Shown one piece after another: positions 35,282 through 53,659 of a stretch of 64,000 bases of DNA. Numbering within the stretch: the first letter of the stretch is position 1; each line of letters starts with the position of its first letter. A program made the position numbers and the translations under genes. Source of the DNA: Macrostomum lignano. Its lineage: Eukaryota. The stretch lies in contig NIVC01001997.1 of assembly GCA_002269645.1 (NCBI GenBank), positions 19,143 through 83,142 of the forward strand, in the 5' to 3' direction. The notes beneath the pieces were generated by a model. It worked only from the letters and a program-made list of their open reading frames with translations, did no database searches and had not been told where the DNA came from.

Positions 35282-35990
35282 TCTCCTTCTCTCCTCTCCT
35301 CTCCTCTCCTCTCCTCTCCTCTCCTCTCCTCTCCTCTCCTCCTCTACTCTCTTCTTCTTTCCTCTTCTCCTTTCGTCTCCTCTCCTCTCCTCCTCTCCCC
35401 TCCTCTCCTCTCCCTCCTCTCCTCTCATCTCCTCTCCTCTCCTCTCCCCTCCTCTCCTCTCATCTCCTCTCCCCTCCTCTCCTCTCCTCTCCTCTCCTCT
35501 CCTCTCCTCTCCTCCTCTACTCTCTTCTTCTTTCCTCTTCTCCTTTCGTCTCCTCTCCTCTCCTCCTCTCCCCTCCTCTCCTCTCCCCTCCTCTCCTCTC
35601 ATCTCCTCTCCTCTCCTCTCCCCTCCTCTCCTCTCATCTCCTCTCCTCTCCTCTCCCCTCCTCTCCTCTCATCTCCTCTCCCCTCCTCTCCTCTCCCCTC
35701 CTCTCCTCTCATCTCCTCTCCCCTCCTCTCCTCTCTCTCCTCTCTCTCCTCTCTCCCTCCTCTCCTCTCATCTCCTCTCCTCTCCTCTCCCCTCCTCTCC
35801 TCTCCCCTCCTCTCCTCTCCTCTCCCCTCCTCTCCTCTCCCCTCCTCTCCTCTCCTCTCCTCTCCCCTCCTCTCCTCTACCCTCCTCTCCCCTCCTCTCC
35901 TCTCCTCTCCTCTCCTCTCCTCTCCCCTCCTCTCCTCTACCCTCCTCTCCCCTTCCCCTCCTTTCCTCTCCTCTCCTCTCCTCTCCTGTG
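35282..35990. repeat. (CTCCT)n-type pentanucleotide pyrimidine tract
   Basis: Directly visible; source of the 282/268/287-aa spurious ORFs. Confidence 0.96.
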
Positions 35991-36703
35991 CTTTGTTCTA
36001 AATGGCCATATACTTCGTACGAGCTCTATATATTGCTGAACGGAAAGTTAACTTTCCCAGCTCATTTACAAACAGTAATTTTCACGCATCTAAAAACCTA
36101 GGCCGACTAAAGTAGGTAAATAAACGGGAAACTGTGTTTCTTGGAAAATCTTTCTTGAAGGCTCGATGTAGGAAAAAAATCTACGCATTTAATTTTAGTT
36201 TAACATACATAAGGGAAGAATTTTTATCGAAATCAGACCGATTTCCTGCTTTCAATATGATACTTACTTGGTAATAAAAATAATAAAATATTGTTGTACC
36301 TGCTGTGCTTCTCCGGCTGTCTGGCACAGTGATTTGGGCTCTCCGTCTTCTCAACCGGAAGCCTTCTCGTAGCTCTTCTCGTGCTGCCACCAGGACCTTT
36401 CTGATTTCTGATCGAATGGTGCAAGTTCGAAGAAAATCGGTTGAGTCGTTTTTTTCTGAAATCGATCGCATACCTACCGACCATTTTTATTATATTGGCC
36501 GTCGCTTGCGGGGTCCCCGGGCAGAGTGCGCCATGCACTATTTTTAGAAACATGAGTCACTCCTTTCCTTAGAGAAAGGAACTGGGCCTCAGGCACGTGA
36601 TTTCCCTCGTAAACATATACCAACGAGTGCAGTAAACATCGTTGTCAGTACTCGTAAACTGCACTTTAGCTTTAGGACTTCGCGAACTTTATGACTTGCT
36701 CAC

Positions 36704-39700
36704 CAGCCACCAGAACGACCTCAGGACGATAATAAGACAGGAGCAGACCACAACAGAGATGCCACAATGCCAGTGGCTGTTCGCAGGGGCTTCTTGTCGT
36801 AACGCCCTGGGCAACATTGTTCCACAGTTAACGGTTACTAAAGAGTCAATTCTGCCCATTCCGCTGACTCCTGAGTGGTAGTTAATTAGTTAATGTTGTA
36901 GTTAATCTCTAAAACTTACGAGTCAGGCTCTAACAAAGTACCTGCACCTGGAGTAGATTTTAAAGGTTAGATATTGTCAAATTAGGTGCCTGTGGCTCGA
37001 AAGCTTTAGTAGTCCAGAGAATTATCGAATAGAACTAATGCTATTCTGTATAGTGATTGCATGAAAGCAAGAGAAAAGTCAAGTTTTTAGGTGTATTCTG
37101 AGATTGTAAAAAAGCTTGTCAACTTTGCACAGGTTAAGCAAAATCTATACATTTTTACTTAATCTATGCTCAGAGAGGTTGAAGGTACTAGAACAAGACT
37201 GGACTCAGCTATTCCGATTGCCTTAGCTTATCGTATTTGTGCGGTTGAAAAAAAGATCAGTTGAAAAAAAAGAGTTGCGTAAAACGGCTCAGTTAAAACA
37301 ATTGCAGATGCACTTTAAACTTGACGCTGGTTCATTCCCTTATCTAATATCTAATTCTAACTTTTTGCTGGCTAAAAGTGGACCATAATATATTGGCTTC
37401 CAGGTAAATATTTTCGACAGCCAGAGGTGGCTGGCGCAAGCGTAAAAAGCCGCAATTATCTCAATTAGATGCACCACCCTTATCTCTAAGAAGCCGGTTT
37501 TCCAGAACCGGTCCCTTGATTGCGCATGCAGTCAGCGAACCAAGTTTTCAACCTTTTTTAGCTCAATTCTTTCGTTGGGCCGATTTCCTCAGCTAGGGTT
37601 TCTTTCTTACTTGGTTTTGCTAAGTTGAAAAATGGTTAAAACAGGCGCGCACTTTAAAAAGGTTTAAAGCATTTTAAAAGAGCAATGAACTTTTAGCAAT
37701 TAGTTCAATGTCATATCGCCAAACAATTACAATTACAACTTACCAGCAGGTGTTTTTGGGAATAGGCCCGGGGTCACTGATTTAAAAAGAGTAGTCACTA
37801 ACACGGTCACAAATTGGAACAGGGGTCGTTAATTGAAATAGGGGTTATTAAATGAAACAGGGGACATTGCATGGAACAGGGGTCATTGCATTGAAAAGGG
37901 GTCATTGCATGGAACAGGGGTAATTTCATGGAATCGGGGTCACATTGAAACAGGGGTCATTACTTGGATTGAAACAGGGGTCACAAATTGAAACAGGGGT
38001 CATTACTTGGATTGAAACAGGGGTCACAAATTGAAACAGGGGTCATTACTTGGATTGAAACAGGGGTCACAAATTGAAACAGGGGTCATTACTTGGATTG
38101 AAACAGGGGTCATTACTTGGATTGAAACAGGGGTCATTACTTGGATTGAAACAGGGGTCATTACTTGGATTGAAACAGGGGCCATTACTTGGATTGAAAC
38201 AGGGGTCACAAATTGAAACAGGGGTCATTACTTGGATTGAAACAGGGGTCATTACTTGGATTGAAACAGGGGTCATTACTTGGATTGAAACAGGGGTCAT
38301 TACTTGGATTGAAACAGGGGTCATTACTTGGATTGAAACAGGGGTCACTAATTGAAACAGGGGTCGTTAATTGAAACAAGAGTCATTACATGAAACAGGA
38401 GTCATCGCATGGAACAGGGGTCATTGCATGAAACAGGAGTCATTGCATGAACAGGGTCATTGCATGGAACAGGGTCATTGCATGGAACAGGGGTCATTGC
38501 ATGGAACAGGGGTCATTACATGAAACAGGAGTCATCGCATGGAACAGGGGTCATTGCATGAAACAGGAGTCATCGCATAGAACAGGGGTCATTGCATGAA
38601 ACAGGAGTCATCGCATGGAACAGGGGTCATTGCATGAAACAGGAGTCATTGCATGGAACAGGGGTCATTGCATGAAACAGGAGTCATCGCATGGAACAGG
38701 GGTCATTGCATGAAACAGGAGTCATTGCATGGAACAGGGGTCATTGCATGAAACAGGAGTCATCGCATGAAACAGGGGTCATTGCATGAAACAGGAGTCA
38801 TTGCATGGAACAGGGGTCATTGCATGAAACAGGAGTCATCGCATGGAACAGGGGTCATTGCATGAAACAGGAGTCATCGCATGGAACAGGGGTCATTGCA
38901 TGAAACAGGAGTCATCGCATGGAACAGGGGTCATTGCATGGAACAGGAGTCATCGCATGGAACAGGGGTCATTGCATGAAACAGGAGTCATCGCATGGAA
39001 CAGGGGTCATTGCATGGAACAGGGGTCATTGCATGGAACAGGGGTCATTGCATGGAACAGGGGTCATTGCATGGAACAGGGGTCATTACATGAAACAGGA
39101 GTCATCGCATGGAACAGGGGTCATTGCATGGAACAGGGGTCATTGCATTGAAAAGGGGTCATTGCATGGAACAGGGGTAATTTCATGGAATCGGGGTCAC
39201 AAATTGAAACAGGGGTCATTACTTGGATTGAAACAGGGGTCACAAATTGAAACAGGGGTCATTACTTGGATTGAAACAGGGGTCACAAATTGAAACAGGG
39301 GTCATTACTTGGATTGAAACAGGGGTCAAATTGAAACAGGGGTCATTACTTGGATTGAAACAGGGGTCATTACTTGGATTGAAACAGGGGTCATTACTTG
39401 GATTGAAACAGGGGCCATTACTTGGATTGAAACAGGGGTCATTACTTGGATTGAAACAGGGGTCATTACTTGGATTGAAACAGGGGTCATTACTTGGATT
39501 GAAACAGGGGTCATTACTTGGATTGAAACAGGGGTCATTACTTGGATTGAAACAGGGGTCACTAATTGAAACAGGGGTCGTTAATTGAAACAAGAGTCAT
39601 TACATGAAACAGGAGTCATCGCATGGAACAGGGGTCATTGCATGGAACAGGAGTCATTGCATGAAACAGGAGTCATCGCATGGAACAGGGGTCATTGCAT

Positions 39701-40546
39701 GGAACAGGGGTCATTGCATGGAACAGGGGTCATTACATGAAACAGGAGTCATCGCATGGAACAGGGGTCATTGCATGAAACAGGAGTCATCGCATAGAAC
39801 AGGGGTCATTGCATGAAACAGGAGTCATCGCATGGAACAGGGGTCATTGCATGAAACAGGAGTCATTGCATGGAACAGGGGTCATTGCATGAAACAGGAG
39901 TCATCGCATGGAACAGGGGTCATTGCATGAAACAGGAGTCATTGCATGGAACAGGGGTCATTGCATGAAACAGGAGTCATCGCATGAAACAGGGGTCATT
40001 GCATGAAACAGGAGTCATTGCATGGAACAGGGGTCATTGCATGAAACAGGAGTCATCGCATGGAACAGGGGTCATTGCATGAAACAGGAGTCATCGCATG
40101 GAACAGGGGTCATTGCATGAAACAGGAGTCATCGCATGGAACAGGGGTCATTGCATGGAACAGGAGTCATCGCATGGAACAGGGGTCATTGCATGAAACA
40201 GGAGTCATCGCATGGAACAGGGGTCATTGCATGGAACAGGGGTCATTGCATGGAACAGGGGTCATTGCATGGAACAGGGGTCATTGCATGGAACAGGGGT
40301 CATTACATGAAACAGGAGTCATCGCATGGAACAGGGGTCATTGCATGGAACAGGGGTCATTGCATGGAACAGGGGTCATTGCATGGAACAGGGGTCATTG
40401 CATGGAACAGGGGTCATTGCATGGAACAGGGGTCATTGCATGGAACAGGGGTCATTACTTGGAACAGCGGTCATTACTGGGATTGGAACAGGGGTCATTA
40501 CTGGGATTGGAACAGAGGTCATTACTTGGAACAGGGGTCACTTACC
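36704..40546 (-). other. Probable unannotated spliced transcript (exons ending at 40546; 37776-37744; 36870-36704)
   Basis: Perfect minus-strand GTAAGT donors at 40545 and 37743, AG acceptors at 37777 and 36871, GTGAGC donor at 36703. The three exons splice in one open frame (...TPGLFPKTPAGVSGMGRIDSL...CGISVVVCSCLIIVLRSFWWL). No recognisable family. Confidence 0.45.
37790..40540. repeat. Compound 24-bp/19-bp minisatellite (GAAACAGGGGTCATTACTTGGATT / CATGGAACAGGGGTCATTG) with ~1.2-kb higher-order repeat
   Basis: Blocks alternate A-B-A-B; unique junction variants recur at 38377/39591 and 37891/39148. Confidence 0.97.
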
Positions 40547-40835
40547 GAATGAACCTGAACAATATTCACACCCTGACTTAATATTAATTTTAAACTTCGT
40601 TCCGTTCAACTTCGGTGTGGCCAAGTCGCGCAGGAAACTACACGTAGAAAGCACGACTCAACATAGTGACATTCGATAAGAAACTGAGCAAACTGCGACT
40701 GAGCTGCCCTCGAAAGGCCCACTTGTGTATATAAGCGGATTTAGCACGGTTAACTTTCTATTCTACTACCAAAATTCGATCTCCTGAGAGCGTGAGCATT
40801 TTAGACCCCCCCCCTGATTATCTTTACCGAGCAGC

Positions 40836-43443
40836 ATGGTGCAGCCAAACGAGGACCCAGCGGAGTCCACCGTCAACAAAAAATTGCTTTTAGAAGAAGA
40901 GGCAAAGAAAACGGAAGAGACTGGATCTAGTCAGGATGCCAATTCGTTGCCCAAGGATTCGAAGGAAGAAGGTGAACAGTGATTTGGTAAATACTATTTT
41001 TAGTTTCGGTGCCTCAACCTGATTCTTATGAAGGTTTGAACAGAATTTTAATCTTTATACCCATGAATGTATAATAAACTTATTCAATGAATAAGTATTA
41101 GACACTGACAGCCCCATGAAGACCCTGTGAAGACACTGACAACCCTATGAAGACACTGACAACCCTATGAAGACACTGACAACTCAATAAAGACACTGAC
41201 AACCCTATGAAGACACTGACAACTCAATAAAGACACTGACAACCCTGTGAAGACACTGACAACCCTATGAAGACACTGACAGCCCTATGAAGACACTGAC
41301 AACCCTATGAAGACACTGACAACCCTATGAAGACACTGACAACTCAATAAAGACACTGACAACCCTGTGAAGACACTGACAACCCTATGAAGACACTGAC
41401 AACCCTATGAAGACACTGACAACCCTGCGAAGATACAGAGAACCCTGTAAAAACACTGACAACCCTATGAGGACACTGAAAACTCTATAAAGACACTGAC
41501 AGTTCTATAGAGACACTGACAACCCTGTGAAGACACTGACAACCCTGTGAAGACACTGACAACCCAGTGAAGACACTGACAACCCTGTGAAGACACTGAC
41601 AACTCAATAAAGACACTGACAACCCTGTGAAGACACTGACTGCCCTATGAAGGCTAACAACTCAATAAAAATAATTCACTGACATCATTATAGAGGCACT
41701 TACATGTACAACCCTCATAGAAAGAGTTAAAGCCAGAAGCAATTAAACTAACTTTCATCACCTGTAATTACCGCAGACTCCGACACCAGCAACCACAAGT
41801 TGCAACTCGAAGATCTACTCGACAAAGTCTGCGGTCCTGGCCGGTTCACCTGCCTACTTCTCGTTATCGGCTTCATTAACAACATCTGCCCGGGCGCGGT
41901 GTCCCTCGGCCACGCGCTGTTTCTGTACACGCCCAAGTTTCTGTGCGACGTCAACGCCACACTGGCTGGCCTGGCCTCACCTTCGAATCTCCATGGCAAC
42001 AGTAACGATTGCGACTTAACAGTCAGCGAAGACCAATGCAGCCTGACGCTTAGCAACTGTACCGCTTCGAATCTGCTGGGTCAGTTCGCCTGCACCGCTT
42101 GGAGCTTTGACTCTACTCACCTGGCTGTCACGGTGGTGACTCGGTTCATGCTGGTCTGCGACCGGGCTCCCCTGTCTCGCCTGCCCGCCACGCTGTACTT
42201 TGTCGGCTTCCTGATCGGCAGCACGAGCTACGGCCTGTTCAGCGACAAGATCGGCCGTCGGCTGGCCCTGCTGATTGCCACCCTGCACCTCAGCCTGTTC
42301 GCCTTCGTGTTGGCCGTCGTGCCGACCTTCCCGCTCCTGCTGGCTGCCGAGGTGCTGGCCGGCGCGGGCACCGCCGGGGTCATCACCGTGTCCTGCGCGC
42401 TGCTAGTCGAGCTGACGCCGAGGCGCCTTCGATCTCAGCTGCTGTTCAACGGGTCGCACGGCTGGTGCATGGGGATCCTCACGATCGGCCTGGCCGCCTG
42501 GTTCATGCCGGACTATCGACACCAGCTCGCCGCCGCCGGCTGCATCGGCCTGCTTGGCGCTATCCTGTCTCCGTTTCTGGGCGAGTCGCCTCGCTGGCTG
42601 CTGGCCACCGACCGGCACCGCCAGGCCGGCCGGGCGCTGATTCGGATTGCCGGTTTGAATCGACGCAGCGCGCCGAACGTCGAGCTGCTGCAGGGTCTGA
42701 CGCCGCCAAAGACGGCAGCTACCGCCGAGTCCACCGGCATTTCTCAGCTATTCCGTAGGCCAGGACTCAGGCGCCTCACCCTGCTCAACTGGGCGCAGTT
42801 CTTCTCCATCGCCATGTGCTACTACGGAGTCGGCCTGAGCATCGGCAGCCTAGGCGGCAGCGTGGTGCTCAGCTGCATCCTCATGGCGCTGGTCGAGCCG
42901 CCCTCCCGGTTCCTGGGCGGCTTCCTGTGCACCCGCTTCGGCCGCAGGCCGGTGCTCGGCGTCTGCTTTGCCTGCATCGGCGCCGCCATCATCGCGTGCA
43001 GCCTCATCATCCAGCAGCCGGGCCTCGCCGCGGTGCGCACCGCCTGCGCCATCTTCGGCACCTTCTGGAGCTGCCTGGCCTTCACCACCGTGTGGCTGTA
43101 CGCCAACGAGGCATTCCCGACCCCGGTGAGAGCGCTGGGCGCCGGCAGCGGCTCCACTCTGGCTCGAGTTGGCGCCTTGCTCAGCACTCTGGTTGCTATG
43201 CTGGACTCTTATTGGCCGCCGGCTCCGTTTGCCGTGTTTGGCAGCGTTGCTATGGCTACTCTGCTCGTTGTCTACCTGCTGCCGGAGACGGGGGGCATGG
43301 TGGATCTGCCGGCCACCATGGACGAGGGCGACAGGCTGGGAAGGCTCATTGGCACCGGATCTGGGAGCGGGAAGGCTGCCAAGAGTAGGGAGGTTGTGAT
43401 GAAGCTGCCCGATGATGCTCAAGGCGTTCGGGAGGCTGTGTGA
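40836..43443 (+). CDS. SLC22-family organic cation/anion transporter, 600 aa, 2 exons
   Basis: join(40836..40971, 41777..43443) = 1,803 nt with a phase-1 intron. Cys-rich first loop; FSDKIGRR, ESPRWLL, NEAFPTPVRALG and LPET motifs. Confidence 0.9.
41095..41650. repeat. 20-bp minisatellite in the SLC22 intron (GAAGACACTGACAACCCTAT)
   Basis: About 27 units. Confidence 0.94.
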
Positions 43444-43479
43444 GAAGATTTGAGGGCGTCTCGGGTTGAAAAGCTTTCT

Positions 43480-44110
43480 CAGACAGATAGATCAGACTGG
43501 GGTTGGTGTCTCGGACAGATGGATCAGACTGGGGTTGGTGTCTCGGACAGAAGGAATCAGTCTGGGGTTGCTGTCTCGGAAAGATGGATCAGACTCGGAT
43601 TTGTGTCTCTGACAGATAGATCAGACTGGGATTTGTGTCTCTGACAGATAGATCAGACTGGGTTTGGTGTCTCGGACAGATGGATCAGACTGGGGTTGGT
43701 GTCTCGGACAGATGGATCAGACTGGGGTTGGTGTCTCGGACAGATGGATCAGACTGGAGTTGGTGTCTCGGACAGATGGATCAGACTGGGGTTGGTGTCT
43801 CGGACAGATATATCAGACTGGGGTTGGTGTCTCGGACAGATAGATTAGAGGGGGGTTGCTGTCTCGGACAGATAGATCAGACTGAGGTTGGTGTCTCGGA
43901 CAGATAGATCAGACTGGGGTTGGTGTCTCGGACAGATAGATTAGAGGGAGGTTGGTGTCTCGGACAGATAGATCAGACTGGGGTTGGTGTCTCGGACAGA
44001 TAGATTAGACTGGGGTTGGTGTCTCGGACAGTTAGATAGCTGATGTCTCGGACAGTTAGATAGCTGGTGTCTCGGACAGTTAGATAGCTGGTGTCTCGGA
44101 CAGATAGATC
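43480..44110. repeat. 32-bp minisatellite downstream of the SLC22 stop (CAGATAGATCAGACTGGGGTTGGTGTCTCGGA)
   Basis: About 18 units, shortening to 22-bp units at the end. Confidence 0.93.
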
Positions 44111-44689
44111 AGAGAGAGGGTTGGCTACAGCAGTAAAGATTGTTTCTTTTCTATTTTAAATATTTGCACAAACTTTTATTACCATTTTTCGGTTTATTCT
44201 TTATTTGCGAGAACCGCGAGAATATTTTTTTTTTGATTTCGAATTCATTATAAAATTTGTTAAAATTGCTGTAAAAATTAGTCAACAATTTTTATATTTT
44301 TAATTGCTTTTCTGCTCTACTGTCACGCTTTGTTATATTAGTAGTATGTTGTGGGCATTTTGCTATTTCGTCAAAATGACAAAATGCACGGCAACGGCAA
44401 GAAGATAAGAAATAAAAATTAATTGTTTTGCTTGACTCTGTAAAGCATAGAAAAACTATTCTGTCCCAGAATGTGCTGTATATGCTGTCTTCAGTTGCAA
44501 ATCAACAACACAGTATTCTAATAAAAAACTACTAATTGAAATTATATTGAACGTCACGAAAATACAAAACCGAAAAACAAAATATGCAAGCTTTGTCGGC
44601 TGAAAAAATATGCAATCTCTTCAAGGGAAACTCAACCTAAAATTATCGTGGATTTCTGTGAGAGAGAAAACTCTCGATTCCCCCTCATT

Positions 44690-45500
44690 TTAGAATTTCC
44701 TTAGCCATCGGGGTTCCCACATGTTACGATTCTTCGTACAGTTACAAGAATTTAACCAGGTTCCCCATTGTTATAACTCGTTTCAGTCATCGGCGTTCCT
44801 CCATTTTTTGGGATTCCCCTCAGTCATTAGGATTCACTTGTCATTAGAATTCCCCTTAGTCATTGGGATTCCCCTTAGTCATTTGGATTCTCCACATTCA
44901 TTGGGATTCCCCTCAGTCATATCGATTCCCCTCAGTCATTAGGATTCCCCGCAGTCATTAGGATTTCCCTCAATCATTGGGATTCCCCTTAGTCATTCAG
45001 ATTCCCCTCAGTCATCTAGATTCCCCTCAGTCAATAGGATTCCCCTCAGTCATTAGGATTAGCTTCAATCATTGGGATTCCCCAGTCATTAGGATTCCCA
45101 CAGTCATTAGGATTCACGTCAGTCATTAAGATTAACTTCAATAATTAAGATTCCCCTCAGTCAGCTGGATACCTCTCAAAAGTTGGGATTCCTCACAGTC
45201 ATTGTCATTCCCTTCAATCATTGAGATTCCCCTCAGTCATTTGGATGCTCCACATTCATTGGGATTCCCCTCAGTCATTTGGATGCTCCACATTCATTGG
45301 ATTCCCCTCAGTCATTTGGATGCTTCACATTCATTGGGATTCCCCTCAGTCATTTGGATGCTCCACATTCATTGGGATTCCCCTCAGTCATTTGGATGCT
45401 CCACATTCATTGGGATTCCCCTCAGTCATTTGGATGCTTCACATTCATTGGGATTCCCCTCAGTCATTTGGATACTCCACATTCATTTGGATTCCCCATT
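44690..45500. repeat. 19-bp then 38-bp minisatellite (ATTCCCCTCAGTCATTAGG family)
   Basis: Degenerate 19-mers followed by a homogeneous 38-bp dimeric unit. Confidence 0.9.
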
Positions 45501-45575
45501 TTTTCATTTCAAGATTCTCGTTAATCATTTTGATTTCAGTATTTGGGATCCCCTTCAATCTGGCAATCCTGCCAA

Positions 45576-50501
<4,926 letters not shown>

Positions 50502-50629
50502 GCTGTCCTCAGTTGACCCCTGGGCAACGGGTTGAAGTGACTCTCATTCAGACTGAGATGGGATCCAGAGTAATTAAATCGAATTAGAGCATAATGGCAC
50601 TCTGAATAGGAGTAAAAGGCGTGAAGACT

Positions 50630-51430
50630 ACAGCTGAGATTAGATATCACGATGAGATTCAAGCTCAGATTAGATATCACGATAAGATTCAAACTGAGAT
50701 TAGATATCACGATGAGATTCAAGCTGAGATTAGATATCCCGACGAGATTCAAACTAGACTAGATATCACAATGAGATTTAAACTAGATTAGATATCACGA
50801 TGAGATTCAAGCTCAGATTAGATATCACGATAAGATTCAAACTGAGATTAGATATCACGATGAGATTCAAGCTGAGATTAGATATCCCGACGAGATTCAA
50901 ACTAGACTAGATATCACAATGAGATTTAAACTAGATTAGATATCACGATGAGATTCAAGCTCAGATTAGATATCACGATGAGATTCAAGCTCAGATTAGA
51001 TATCACAATGAGATTTAAACTAGATTAGATATCACAATGAGATTCAAGCTGAGATTAGATATCACGATGAGATTCAAACTAGACTAGATATCACGATGAG
51101 ATTCAAGCTCAGATTAGATATCACGATGAGATTCAAGCTCAGATTAGATATCACGATGAGACTCAAGCTGAGATTAGATATAGGTTTCAAGCTGAGATTA
51201 GATACCACTATGAGATTCAAACTAGATTACATATCACGATGGGATTCAAGCTGAGATTAGATATCACGATGAGATTTAAGCTGAGATTAGATATCATGAT
51301 GATATTCAAGTTTAAATTAGATATCACGATGAGATTTAAGCTGAGATTAGATAGCACTATGAGATTCAAACTCCACGATGAGATTCAAACTAGATTACAT
51401 ATCACGATGGGATTCAAGCTGAGATTAGAT
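50630..51430. repeat. ~30-bp minisatellite (GAGATTAGATATCACGATGAGATTCAAGCT)
   Basis: About 27 units with 28/30-bp variants. Confidence 0.94.
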
Positions 51431-51841
51431 TAAAACAGTGCAAAAGACACTTGCCAGGTAAAAAAATAGTTTATGCTTCAAGGCCTCAGCAGCGCTGCCA
51501 GCTAAAGTCAATCTCGCTGATTGACAGGGCTGTTCCAAAGAATAGAAAATTCTAATCCCACAGGAGATGGGAATTGCTAAAACCTAATCAAGTATAGCAA
51601 TAGGAGACTGTCGCCAGACCTAACAGGACCTGCGGTAACAGGACCAGAGGACGGCCTTTGATTAGTTTGTCTTCGATAAGAGCAGGTCGCTATAAGCGTT
51701 GGATTCTGGCCAAAAAACCGCGGTTTTCCAGCTCTTCACACGGCTGCCTAAATCAACTAAAGCATCGGATTGCTCACGGACCAATGATTTGCTGCCAGCC
51801 ACACCCGACCTCCATGCATCCCGGATTGGGTGCCAGGCAGG

Positions 51842-52559
51842 CAGTCAGTCAGTCAGTCAGTCAGTCAGTCAGTCAGTCAGTCAGTCAGTCACCCACTCAC
51901 TCAAGTCAGTCAGTCAGTCAGTCACCCACTCACTCAAGTCAGTCAGTCAGTCAGTCAGTCAGTCACCCACTCACTCAAGTCAGTCAGTCAGTCAGTCAGT
52001 CAGTCAGTCAGTCAGTCAGTCAGTCAGTCAGTCAGTCAGTCACCCACTCACTCAAGTCAGTCAGTCAGTCAGTCAGTCAGTCAGTCAGTCAGTCAGTCAG
52101 TCAGTCACCCACTCACTCAAGTCAGTCAGTCAGTCAGTCAGTCACCCACTCACTCAAGTCAGTCAGTCAGTCAGTCAGTCAGTCAGTCAGTCAGTCTGTC
52201 TGTCAGTCAGTCAGTCAGTCAGTCAGTCAGTCAGTCAGTCAGTCAGTCAGTCAGTCAGTCAGTCAGTCAGTCAGTCAGTCAGTCAGTCACCCACTCACTC
52301 AAGTCAGTCAGTCAGTCAGTCAGTCAGTCAGTCAGTCAGTCAGTCAGTCACCCACTCACTCAAGTCAGTCAGTCAGTCAGTCAGTCAGTCAGTCAGTCAG
52401 TCAGTCAGTCACCCACTCACTCAAGTCAGTCAGTCAGTCAGTCAGTCAGTCAGTCAGTCAGTCAGTCACCCACTCACTCAAGTCAGTCAGTCAGTCAGTC
52501 AGTCACTCAGTCAGTCAGTCAGTCAGTCAGTCAGTCAGTCAGTCAGTCAGTCAGTCAGT
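51842..52559. repeat. (CAGT)n microsatellite punctuated by 10 copies of CACCCACTCACTCAAG
   Basis: Counted directly. Confidence 0.96.
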
Positions 52560-53124
52560 ATTTTTTAACTGTCTCTAAAACGGTGTGGGAAACAAATTGT
52601 TAAAAAAGAAGAGTAAGAGAGAACTTAAGCGGGCCACAACACGTTCCACTGCGTGCTCTCCGCAAATCAAGTATTTGAGTAGCCTGTATTTGTTCATTTT
52701 GCATATGCGGCATGCATGAGACTCGCTATGGACGAACTAAACTTCCTAGATTAGCTTAGCTATGCACGAAGGAAGATTAAGAGCTAAGTTCGGTAGCCGT
52801 CTGCAGAAACAGCCAGATTAAAGTGGATGAAGCTGCAGTCCCAGTTGACTCAAGAGTCTTACTACTTCGAGTATATGATGTAGCGCGGGTTGCGGAGGCG
52901 CTGAAGCCGAGAAGAGGGGTGTCAGAGAGGGGTGTGTGTCCGAGGGGTGTCATAAACTGACTCAGTGTGTGTCCGAGGGGTGTCATAAACTGACTCAGTG
53001 TGTGTGTCAGAGGGGTGTCATAAACTCATTCTCAAACACATCTATGTGCCAAAAATTTGTCAGAAACCGTACTGTTAAAATGTGTTGTTGTCATGGTAAC
53101 GAATCTGAACAAGTGCTTTCAGAC

Positions 53125-53510
53125 GTTGTTCAACCAATCAATCAATCGATCAATCAATCAATCAACCAATCAACAAATTAATCAATTAATCAAACAATCT
53201 GCCAATCAACCAATCAACCAATCAATCAGTCAACCAACCAATCAATCAATTAATGAATCTACCAATCTACTAACCAATCAATCAACCAATCAATTAATGA
53301 ATTTACCAATCTACCAATCGATAAATCAACCAATTAATCAACTAATCAATCAATTAATCAATCAATCAATCAACCAACCAATCAATAATCAATTAATGAA
53401 TTTACCAATCTACCAATCGATAAATCAACCAATTAATCAACTAATCAATCAATTAATCAATCAATCAATCAACCAAACAATCAATTATTCAATTAATCAA
53501 TCAATCAACA
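53125..53510. repeat. Degenerate (ATCA/ACCA/ATTA)n tract
   Basis: Low-complexity tetramer mosaic with an internal duplication. Confidence 0.88.
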
Positions 53511-53659
53511 CATCAGCCAATGCAGCAATAAAACAGTCAGTAAAAATCAAAAGACAGGATATCGGGCCGAGAAAATCAATCTCAAAAAGTAAAAAAGCAA
53601 AGCAACAATGGCCGATATATTTGTCTCCGAGACACCATACCACTCAAGCTGCTTAGCAA

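Noticed and set aside
36462-36475. 14-bp match TCGATCGCATACCT shared with 53921-53934
   Set aside because: Several 14-mers of this kind are expected by chance in 64 kb; no extension.
37744-37776. DPGPIPK reading suggesting a DHHC palmitoyltransferase DPG motif
   Set aside because: That phase meets stop codons in both neighbouring exons, and no DHHC domain is nearby.
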